From positions 14,741 to 78,740 of IMG/VR virus record IMGVR_UViG_3300044633_000631: 64,000 nucleotides of DNA; one strand, written 5' to 3'. Below, one piece after another: positions 37,528 to 45,363 of this stretch (the stretch's first letter is position 1; each line of letters opens with the position of its first letter). This stretch comes from a virus. The position numbers were made by a program, and so were the translations under genes. Below the pieces are notes generated by a model, which searched no databases, was not told the DNA's origin, and was given only the letters and a program-made list of their open reading frames with translations.

Positions 37528-38035
37528 CTTTTGGCCATTGAATTAAACATTCTGGTGACATTTTAGTGATCATAGTTAATCGTACTCTGTGATCGTGTGA
37601 TACATTTTCTTTGACATCCCATGATACCTTCTCGATTTGTTTATTATACCACTTGAGTGTTACTGGGGTTTCAACATGGCATAATGACCATGTCTCTGCC
37701 CAAGCTAAGGAGCCTTTGGTAGTGTATTCATCAAGGACAATAAACTTGAACTCTTTCTTCGGTCTGCTAGCGAAATGAGCCGCCAAACTGTTAGAGCTAG
37801 ATTTATATCTACGCCAATCAGATTCTTGTCCATAAGTAGCTTTACCATATGATCTGTAATTCTTCTTGCCAAGATAGAATCTATCCAAGACCGTATCATA
37901 TATAATGTAGATGAATCCCACATATTGTTTATTTCCTACGTTCATCTGTCTATTAAAACACCAGTGTCCATTATCAAATTTACTAATATCTGAATTGGAC
38001 ACGGTGTGGTTTATTTTACCTTTAAATTCAGCCAT
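37520..38035 (-). CDS. GIY-YIG family endonuclease
   Basis: GFIYIIYD...FYLGKK...ESDWRRYKSSS...WYN. Confidence 0.75.
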   Translation of the reverse strand: MAEFKGKINHTVSNSDISKFDNGHWCFNRQMNVGNKQYVGFIYIIYDTVLDRFYLGKKNYRSYGKATYGQESDWRRYKSSSNSLAAHFASRPKKEFKFIVLDEYTTKGSLAWAETWSLCHVETPVTLKWYNKQIEKVSWDVKENVSHDHRVRLTMITKMSPECLIQWPKDG

Positions 38036-38819
38036 CTCTAATTTCCTGTGCTAATGGCCAGTTATCAAAACAGAAATAATCATCATATGTATTCTGTATG
38101 TTGATAAGCTTTGCATTAGCTAATAGATATTCAGGCCATTCATCACCATTAGCTTTTATATATTGTTCAATTACTGCCTCTTGGAATTCCTCATCTGTTG
38201 TGCAATGTGCTAAAGCTTTTGATGCTTTCACTGGCCCCATTTTCCAAATGCCAGGTATATTATCCGTGGCATCGCCTTTTAATACTTGTTCGTAGAAGTT
38301 TCTTTTAGCATCAAGCTCTGAGACTTCTGTAATTGTTTTATGCTTTATATTATAGTGCTTTCCAGGGATCATTAATAGATCCTTATCTATTGAGCATATA
38401 ACATAATCTATATTATGAGACCTACATTCATTTGCCCATATACGTAATAAATCATCAGCTTCGCGTCCATCTGCAGCTATAGCGATCTCGTGCATTACTG
38501 CTAGCTTTCTTACAAATGGTACAAAAAGATTAGGTGGACCAGCTGTACGATGCTTCTTATAGTCTACAAATATTTCGTCTCTATAGTTGCCTTCACCCTT
38601 AACAGCCATACAGTAATCACTTGCAAATGTCTCCTCCATAATCACTTCTAACATACTTTCAAAGTTACGCCATATTGCTTTACGATACTCTGTATCTTCT
38701 TCTTTAGTGAATACTTGAGGTATTACGTTACCCTCATCATCAAGATATGTGACACCATCAGTACGGTTGTAACAGCAGTTGTGGGCAAGTATATCGCCAT
38801 CAATCAGTGCTATCAGCAT
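38028..38819 (-). CDS. 5'-3' exonuclease (T7 gp6/FEN-like)
   Basis: LIDGDI, YKKHR, EADD, SIDKDL, GDATDNIPGI..MGPVKA. Confidence 0.9.
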   Translation of the reverse strand: MLIALIDGDILAHNCCYNRTDGVTYLDDEGNVIPQVFTKEEDTEYRKAIWRNFESMLEVIMEETFASDYCMAVKGEGNYRDEIFVDYKKHRTAGPPNLFVPFVRKLAVMHEIAIAADGREADDLLRIWANECRSHNIDYVICSIDKDLLMIPGKHYNIKHKTITEVSELDAKRNFYEQVLKGDATDNIPGIWKMGPVKASKALAHCTTDEEFQEAVIEQYIKANGDEWPEYLLANAKLINIQNTYDDYFCFDNWPLAQEIRDG

Positions 38820-39105
38820 CTAAAACTCCCATTTCCTGAGACAATTTCATTCTTAGCAATGTGCGATCAATCTTATCTCTGATATCAGGCACTCTTTCGC
38901 AATTCAATCTAATATTACACTCTGATGAAAGAAGTATTAAAATAGCTTGTACATCAGATAGCTCTGATTTAAGCTTTTCTTTGTTAGTCTTTTCATACAA
39001 TTCATATTTATGATCAAGTGTGAATCTTAAACATTTAGACGCTTCCTGTGCGGCTTCTGAGAGTTCTTCCATTAAACATACAAGTAGATATTGTTCTTTA
39101 TTCAT
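38800..39105 (-). CDS. MazG-like nucleotide pyrophosphohydrolase
   Basis: EELSEAAQEASK...ELSDV. Confidence 0.65.
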   Translation of the reverse strand: MNKEQYLLVCLMEELSEAAQEASKCLRFTLDHKYELYEKTNKEKLKSELSDVQAILILLSSECNIRLNCERVPDIRDKIDRTLLRMKLSQEMGVLDADSTD

Positions 39106-40973
39106 TAGTGAATCTCATACCAGTCATTGCCAATTTTTCCGCTACCATCCATAATCTCAACACCGAATAGTTTTGGGCCGTCTGCAAAAGCTTGTTTACC
39201 TATTTCTGCTGCTTGTTCAGCAAACTCTTCAGGCACCATAAAGTCAATTTCATCATGCATCATAATTAAGGGTTGGTACGGAATTCCTGCAGATTCGAGT
39301 CGCTCCATTGCAAGCATACATGCTGCTCCGCAAGTAATTTTCTCTGCCGATTGCAGTAGATAGACAAGAAGCTTATGGAAACTGTCAACATACACACGAG
39401 TACCAGCCAAGCTAGGTATATAACCATCTCCCTTTTTCTTTGTGTTTCCATATATTTTCTCCAACTTTTCACTTAAGTCTTTAAACCCTGGAACAGCTTT
39501 AATAAAGCCTGATTTCAATTTCTTACCTTTAACATCATCATGCGAGCCAAAGATATATGACCAAAGCTTTCCACCACTGGCTCCGAATAAGAATGCGTAT
39601 AGAATTCTTTTGGCATTCGCTCTTGGTACTACATAATTCATCTTTAAATCTTTCTTTAAGATCTCAGTAAGAATATCAGCATTAAATTGATGGATATCAC
39701 CATTAAGTAATGTATCAATAAATGTAGCATTATTCAAATAATGTGCTAAGCCTCTAGCTTGATTACCTGATGAATCACAGCCTACAAGCTTCCAGCCAGG
39801 CTTACATGAGAACAATTCCCGCATTTCTCTACCCCATGGTGAATCTCCTGACGGTACGTTAACAATAATAGAGTGTCTAGCACGCATACTTGGTGTACCG
39901 ATTGTCATACAATCACCGTGCAGATTGCCTTGAGCATCTACGTTCTTTAACCATGTTGTTAAAATGCCTTGCCTAGCCTTTGCAGTTAAGAAATCTTTAT
40001 AGAGCTTACCATCACCACCTAAGAATTCTAAACTATCTTCTGTAATCTTAGGTGTAGTTTTCGCTTTTCTTCCTGTAATAGGATCAGCTTTATAATTCCA
40101 ATCATTAGGAACCCAACCATGTCTATATAGAAATATCTTTACATCTGTTACCGAGTCCAGACTAAGAGGTTCGACTTGAATACGGCAATACTCACCATCG
40201 ACAATGCGATCATCAGGATCGAACCCACTCCAAGGATCCACATCAAACCACCGAGCAGTATGCGCATCATAACATCCATCCTTTCTATATTTAGGTCTCT
40301 TTACTTCTACAATACCAAGTTTCTTATCTACAGCGACTATCTTTAAGCCAAGTTTTGAATTTAGTGCAGTATACGTCTTATCCATTTCAACTTGTAATCT
40401 GTCATAAAGTATATGTGCTTTATCTAAATTAAATGGCCATCCACCTAAGTTAGCTTCGGCACACCACTTACTTACTGCATGTTCTACTTTAATATACTCT
40501 TTGACTTTAGGATTCTTTTCAGACACTTCAATCAATTCCTGCTTTAATATCTCTAATACCTTGACATTTAATGAAACGTCGTTATTACAGTATTCACCCA
40601 TTTGTTCAGAATATCCAGACCAGTCTTCAAACTCTTGTTTAGGAAACTCTAAATATTCACCCCAACGTTTTAAACCATGCCCATCATTACCGAACCTCCT
40701 ATAGTCTAATACTTGTGAAAGAATAAGTGTATCTACAGCTTTTACGCTCTTAGGTAATTCATAGTTGAATAGCTTCTTTAATACAGCTAAGTCATATCCA
40801 ATAATATTATGGCCCATAACTTGTCTAGCATTATTGAATAGTTGTATCCAATTCATATCTCCTTGCAAAAATTGCATTCGCTTATTAGCACTTACATCAT
40901 GAACAACCATGATCCACATTTGTGTTACGTCTTTTAATAGTCCATCGGTTTCAATGTCGAATACATAATTCAT
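39105..40973 (-). CDS. family A DNA polymerase (T7 gp5-like) with 3'-5' exonuclease
   Basis: FDIETDG, GHNIIGYD, YCNNDV; motif A CDSSGNQAR, motif B RANAKRILYAFLFG, motif C MHDE; likely start 40973. Confidence 0.93.
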   Translation of the reverse strand: MNYVFDIETDGLLKDVTQMWIMVVHDVSANKRMQFLQGDMNWIQLFNNARQVMGHNIIGYDLAVLKKLFNYELPKSVKAVDTLILSQVLDYRRFGNDGHGLKRWGEYLEFPKQEFEDWSGYSEQMGEYCNNDVSLNVKVLEILKQELIEVSEKNPKVKEYIKVEHAVSKWCAEANLGGWPFNLDKAHILYDRLQVEMDKTYTALNSKLGLKIVAVDKKLGIVEVKRPKYRKDGCYDAHTARWFDVDPWSGFDPDDRIVDGEYCRIQVEPLSLDSVTDVKIFLYRHGWVPNDWNYKADPITGRKAKTTPKITEDSLEFLGGDGKLYKDFLTAKARQGILTTWLKNVDAQGNLHGDCMTIGTPSMRARHSIIVNVPSGDSPWGREMRELFSCKPGWKLVGCDSSGNQARGLAHYLNNATFIDTLLNGDIHQFNADILTEILKKDLKMNYVVPRANAKRILYAFLFGASGGKLWSYIFGSHDDVKGKKLKSGFIKAVPGFKDLSEKLEKIYGNTKKKGDGYIPSLAGTRVYVDSFHKLLVYLLQSAEKITCGAACMLAMERLESAGIPYQPLIMMHDEIDFMVPEEFAEQAAEIGKQAFADGPKLFGVEIMDGSGKIGNDWYEIH

Positions 40974-40987
40974 ATATAATTTCCAAA

Positions 40988-41017
40988 TAAAAGGCACCCC
41001 AGTATTAGTGAGGTGCC
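40988..41017 (-). terminator. possible hairpin/terminator
   Basis: GGCACC...GGTGCC with downstream TTTT on minus strand. Confidence 0.4.
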
Positions 41018-41024
41018 GATTTTG

Positions 41025-41729
41025 TTATAGGATGCTTTCTACTTCTCCAACCTTTATCGGTCTGCCGGCCTTTTTATAGGCGATTAGGTACTTTAAGTAC
41101 CATAAAGCTTTTTGGAGTTCTTGTAGAGAATCATCCTTTTGACCATTACGGTCAAGGTATTTTCTTATTTGTAATTCAACTGCTGCTTCGAATTTCACTG
41201 GATCACGCAGTGTAGGTATTCTACTCATTGTGTCTAACCATTGTAATTCATCTACATATCCCTTATAATGCTTAGGGTCTACTGCATTATTTACTTCTTG
41301 AGTTTTTTTACGATAATTCATTAGATAATTATCTAAAGCTTCTTCGTCATGGAATACAATTTCGTTTCCATTACTTTCTGTAATTACTGCGGTTAAATGG
41401 TCATTGTTTAAATTATACTCAGTAACATCACGAATATTCTCATTTAAATATTCATTAATAGTTGCTTTATATACTATTTGAAGATCATATAAAAATGAAA
41501 TTGTACGCTCTTTCTTTTTCCAATGTCTTCGATCTATTTGTTCATACCACGCATCAAGTTCATCAACATTTCTAATAAAAGAAATTCTTTGAAGCGGCAT
41601 ATTATTTGTTTCTGCTTTTATAAAATATCCGTCTTTAAAATTAGAAATCATACTATCTAATTCACATTCTCTAATAAAAGCTACAAATTGGTGATCTTTA
41701 TTAAGTATTTTGTATGTATAATTTATCAT
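41025..41729 (-). CDS. DUF3310/T7 gp1.7-like C-terminal domain protein
   Basis: AVDPKHY...KYLDRNGQKDDSLQELQKALWYL. Confidence 0.65.
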   Translation of the reverse strand: MINYTYKILNKDHQFVAFIRECELDSMISNFKDGYFIKAETNNMPLQRISFIRNVDELDAWYEQIDRRHWKKKERTISFLYDLQIVYKATINEYLNENIRDVTEYNLNNDHLTAVITESNGNEIVFHDEEALDNYLMNYRKKTQEVNNAVDPKHYKGYVDELQWLDTMSRIPTLRDPVKFEAAVELQIRKYLDRNGQKDDSLQELQKALWYLKYLIAYKKAGRPIKVGEVESIL

Positions 41730-41733
41730 ATAT

Positions 41734-42225
41734 TTAGAATACGTCATCGTCAGTTTCATTACTGCTGAATTCACGTTCATATTCTGTCTCACCGAAATCA
41801 TCTTCGCTGATACGTGGAGTATATACTATATGCTTTGTTAATTGTACTGTCATAAGGGTAAAGCCTTTCTTTGTAACCCCCATTGGATCTTTATATTCGT
41901 ATTCAAATACACGAATATTACCGATGGATCCATTTCCAATCGTGTTGGGATCAATAGGTCTTAATTTACCATCAATCAATTTCACAGGTTCATTTGGTGT
42001 ACCGTCTGATTTAATAGACTTCTTTTTCAGATTAGCTCTGAAATATGTATCACCATCATCTGGAACGATAGCCTTGACAGTCAATCCAATAGCTTCCCAT
42101 TCTTTCTTTTTCTCTTTGTCGGTAGTCCGAATTTGGAGTTCCCATGTAGGATTTTCTTTATTAAACTTGCCGTTTGGTTTACCAAGTTTAGCGAAATAAA
42201 TTTCTACGTCATATAACTTTGCCAT
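41734..42225 (-). CDS. ssDNA-binding protein (T7 gp2.5-like)
   Basis: Start MAKLYDV at 42225; IGNGS motif; acidic tail ending in F. Confidence 0.8.
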   Translation of the reverse strand: MAKLYDVEIYFAKLGKPNGKFNKENPTWELQIRTTDKEKKKEWEAIGLTVKAIVPDDGDTYFRANLKKKSIKSDGTPNEPVKLIDGKLRPIDPNTIGNGSIGNIRVFEYEYKDPMGVTKKGFTLMTVQLTKHIVYTPRISEDDFGETEYEREFSSNETDDDVF

Positions 42226-42251
42226 TGCTGTTCTCTCTTTTGATTTCTGAA

Positions 42252-42271
42252 TTAGGGTTAATTTAACGGGG
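42252..42271 (-). promoter_or_regulatory. class II motif, copy 6
   Basis: TTAGGGTTAATTTAACGGGG, 27 nt upstream of SSB; overlaps hairpin GGGTCTCTA/TAGAGACCC (42269-42294). Confidence 0.72.
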
Positions 42272-42301
42272 TCTCTAAGCATTTATAGAGACCCACATTT
42301 A

Positions 42302-42712
42302 TTAGGAAATATTTACTGATTCTTGCACGTTTTCATTTACTTTAGCAAGTTCTTCTGGAATGAACCAAACCGGACCGCCTGCATTTGTAGTGATGAAATG
42401 AAACTCATACCAGTCAGAGTCTTCGATTTTTCGAGCAATATCAAATGAACCAGGATCTAACGCAAGATTAGTTTCTCTAAATACACCATTATCATCCATG
42501 CCCATAAATGTTACATGCAAGAAATCTCCAAAAGATTCTAGAATATGAAGATTACCGCCAAATTCATGAATGTAACCTGCAGCATCATGTGTGCTCATTA
42601 AGATGTTTGAAAAGTGTTGCCACAGTGGTTTCCAATGCGGATGATCTTCTTTTCCATAAAAGAAGTCGCGTACATGTGAGTTTTGTCTAAATGTAATCAT
42701 GCTTTTAACCAT
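42302..42712 (-). CDS. hypothetical protein
   Basis: 136-aa ORF; ITTNAGGPVWFIP. Confidence 0.6.
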   Translation of the reverse strand: MVKSMITFRQNSHVRDFFYGKEDHPHWKPLWQHFSNILMSTHDAAGYIHEFGGNLHILESFGDFLHVTFMGMDDNGVFRETNLALDPGSFDIARKIEDSDWYEFHFITTNAGGPVWFIPEELAKVNENVQESVNIS

Positions 42713-42832
42713 TCTGAAAATAAATTAATATAACGATCAACTGTTGCTACAGAATCCTCGTATCCACTTTTGCCTTCACCTAGCATTGCTCTTAATAGCT
42801 TAAGCAAACTAAGTACTTCAATTACTTCTTCT

Positions 42833-43000
42833 TTAAGCACTAGCATTATCTCGTACCATAGCTTGAACATAAAGTGGAGTAACATCGGGAGGTGCGCATG
42901 CTGCAACTCCGCCCAGTGGCATCCAACCTTGGTGCAATAGCTCTACTACCATGTTTTCTAAAAGTTTACAGCTTACAGCTTCTAATAATTGATATTGCAT
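42833..43000 (-). CDS. DUF1737-like small protein (not in ORF track)
   Basis: MQYQLLEAVSCKLLENMVVELLHQGWMPLGGVAAC...YVQAMVR. Confidence 0.55.
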   Translation of the reverse strand: MQYQLLEAVSCKLLENMVVELLHQGWMPLGGVAACAPPDVTPLYVQAMVRDNASA

Positions 43001-43004
43001 TTGA

Positions 43005-43211
43005 CTAATCATTTCTTATACCTGTTCTTTCTTTAGCTTTAAGTTGTCTTTCCCAATTAACTAAATATGGTTCAATGGATTCTTTATCCCATGTGGCATC
43101 TGCTCCATGATTAGGTAATCGTCCTGAATACAATGCCATACCTAGTTGCATCTGGTTGATACCTAATCTAATCATTACATCTCTAGTGCTTACTCTCATT
43201 TTTGATTCCAT
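43005..43211 (-). CDS. HTH (excisionase/MerR-like) DNA-binding protein
   Basis: STRDVMIRLGIN...GRLP...W. Confidence 0.55.
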   Translation of the reverse strand: MESKMRVSTRDVMIRLGINQMQLGMALYSGRLPNHGADATWDKESIEPYLVNWERQLKAKERTGIRND

Positions 43212-43497
43212 GAATAATTATAATCGTTTCAAGTTCAGCAATCTTATCTTGAAGTTTTTCATTCAGTTCAGATTGTGTACGCGCAACCTTATACCAATGA
43301 ATATTCTTATACATTACAAAAAGTAATGAGCACCATAGTGCTATATCACCGTAAGACATCATCTATTTTTACCTCTATAATTTTTAATATATCAATTCCA
43401 AAGATTCTAAGAGGAATATAAAAAATGAATAGCAATACAAATAATGGTATTACCACCGCCAATGAAAACATGGCTTGACAAATATCTTTAAACATAA

Positions 43498-43764
43498 TTA
43501 TTTCCACATTGCCGATTGTTGTTGTTGATTCAAAGTCAGACTCTTGACTTTATTCTCAAATGCTACTAATGTAACATATTCTTCTCCAGCTAAGTAAGCG
43601 GTTTTATACATATGATCAATATTACTATCTAGTAATGCTCTATCAAGCATATGTTTATTTCGTGGTGTGAATGTTTCATCATTCCACTGGTCACAGACGT
43701 ATTCCTCAAATGCGTCTATCTCTAAATTTAAAACATAGTTAATCGTACTCAGAATATTATCCAT
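43498..43764 (-). CDS. hypothetical protein
   Basis: Likely start MDNILS after AAGGAG. Confidence 0.55.
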   Translation of the reverse strand: MDNILSTINYVLNLEIDAFEEYVCDQWNDETFTPRNKHMLDRALLDSNIDHMYKTAYLAGEEYVTLVAFENKVKSLTLNQQQQSAMWK

Positions 43765-43774
43765 TTGGTTCTCC

Positions 43775-44161
43775 TTAGAAAAATAATAAATCGCCAATTT
43801 TTACCATTTTAACATTTGTTCTGAAGCGCTTGCCTAAAGGCACATTATTAAAATGCGTATAGCCTTCTGTTAATTTAGTAGTTCTGAGATTTCTGAATAA
43901 CATTTTTCGCGCCAATTCATATTGCTTATCCAACACATCTCTATCGGCTTTACCTTTAGGGTGGGGTGTTTTCATACCATGTCGTGCCCATGTAAACAAA
44001 CCTGGATCACGTTGAATAACATGACATAGATTTTCTCCTGGACGTGCGTGTTCAATTAATACTTGACCTACACCTAACATAGTATCAACTGGTTGGTTTC
44101 TTGCCTCGAAATACATTACAGCTACGAGACAACCTATTGATGTTAACATACTTTCCTCCAT
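43775..44161 (-). CDS. SleB-like cell wall hydrolase (Hydrolase_2)
   Basis: CLVAVMYFEARNQP...VGQV...C.VI....FTW...THF...IGDLLFF. Confidence 0.8.
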   Translation of the reverse strand: MEESMLTSIGCLVAVMYFEARNQPVDTMLGVGQVLIEHARPGENLCHVIQRDPGLFTWARHGMKTPHPKGKADRDVLDKQYELARKMLFRNLRTTKLTEGYTHFNNVPLGKRFRTNVKMVKIGDLLFF

Positions 44162-44202
44162 TTTTGTTTTGAGCAGTTAAAGCATACTCAGGCTTTTATT
44201 AG

Positions 44203-44550
44203 CTATTCCAGCTCTTTGTAGAATTTAACAATGAGTCGCGGAGGAATTGGTGAATACAGCTGTAAGGGATTTACCTCGGTATTCACACAAGCCGAAATAC
44301 CACAACAGCTACTAGCTGTCTCAAAAGAAACCTCTACTTCATCAGTTACTGGATTAACCATAATCGTGTTTATCATATCATACACAGGGCCACTTACCTC
44401 ATGCGCAGCTTTATTTTGATAATAGACTCGCGCATGCAAACCCAGGGTATATACTTCCTTTGGACCTGATACAGCATCTTCATCGGTCAGTGTCAAGTAG
44501 CCTATTTTCTCGTAAGCTGCCACAAGTAACTCTGCAATCGTTGTCGGCAT
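44203..44550 (-). CDS. hypothetical protein
   Basis: Likely start MPTTIA. Confidence 0.5.
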   Translation of the reverse strand: MPTTIAELLVAAYEKIGYLTLTDEDAVSGPKEVYTLGLHARVYYQNKAAHEVSGPVYDMINTIMVNPVTDEVEVSFETASSCCGISACVNTEVNPLQLYSPIPPRLIVKFYKELE

Positions 44551-44551
44551 A

Positions 44552-44869
44552 TCAGTAAACCTCCACGAAATTAATTTGATAAGACCAATCATCGCCTTTG
44601 ACGATGAAGATTTCAAAATTACATCCTGGATCAATCTCTTCTTGATCTACTCGCTGACAAAAAGAATTCGGGTCGCAGCTACGACACACTTTCATGAAGT
44701 CTTCCACACGTCCGTTAAAATCTTCAAAAACATCTTTAATGTCATTTTCTGTAAATGTTGAAACAACTTCGACAACGCCATTACAATTCCAAATAACATG
44801 TGCATAAAGCTTTTTCCCAAGGCAATTATTCAACAAAAAAGCATTGGATTCTTCTTTTGAAATAAACAT
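44552..44869 (-). CDS. hypothetical protein
   Basis: Likely start MFISKEE. Confidence 0.5.
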   Translation of the reverse strand: MFISKEESNAFLLNNCLGKKLYAHVIWNCNGVVEVVSTFTENDIKDVFEDFNGRVEDFMKVCRSCDPNSFCQRVDQEEIDPGCNFEIFIVKGDDWSYQINFVEVY

Positions 44870-44870
44870 A

Positions 44871-45074
44871 TTAACCCCATTTTTGTAAGATAAAAATTGT
44901 GTAAGATCCGTGGTAACCTTCTGTACCACCTGTTGTAATTACATCTGTTAATTCATATTCAGATTCCATTAATGCTTGTAGTTCAGAGTAGTCAGCTTTA
45001 TGGCCAACAGCAATGTTTAGTATCTTTACTTCGTGTTTCTTCTTTGGTTGTGTTAAACCTATTACATTGCTCAT
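44871..45074 (-). CDS. hypothetical protein
   Basis: Likely start MSNVIG, overlapping the upstream stop. Confidence 0.5.
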   Translation of the reverse strand: MSNVIGLTQPKKKHEVKILNIAVGHKADYSELQALMESEYELTDVITTGGTEGYHGSYTIFILQKWG

Positions 45075-45355
45075 ACCGCAAATCCATACCATTTGCCAAC
45101 AGGCATTATCGGGTTAGCAAGAAACTTGCACATCGGATTTGTGATCTCAATGGCTTCTCTCTCTTTCTTTCTTAAGTTATGCATACATGCTTTTAAATCA
45201 ACACCACTATAAACATAAGTTATGCTACCGTTTTTATTACGTATAGAATCTACTGGATCTGCTTGACTTTTTACGATACGTGTACGAACAGTATTAGGTG
45301 TTGTTCCAGTCAATTCTGCGTATTCATGTATTGTAAATCTTTGTGGCTGTGTCAT
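45071..45355 (-). CDS. HTH DNA-binding protein
   Basis: FTIHEYAELTGTTPNTVRTRI; directly downstream of RNAP. Confidence 0.65.
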   Translation of the reverse strand: MTQPQRFTIHEYAELTGTTPNTVRTRIVKSQADPVDSIRNKNGSITYVYSGVDLKACMHNLRKKEREAIEITNPMCKFLANPIMPVGKWYGFAV

Positions 45356-45363
45356 ATAAACTC

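Noticed and set aside
39105-40973. Z-genome (2-aminoadenine) system suggested by the odd polymerase plus MazG-like gene
   Set aside because: No purZ or datZ-like gene is visible in the window; cannot be supported, though the rest of the genome is unseen
42880-42960. GC-richer stretch that might be a tRNA
   Set aside because: No T-loop or cloverleaf; it reads as coding sequence of the 42833..43000 ORF. No tRNA was recognised anywhere in the window
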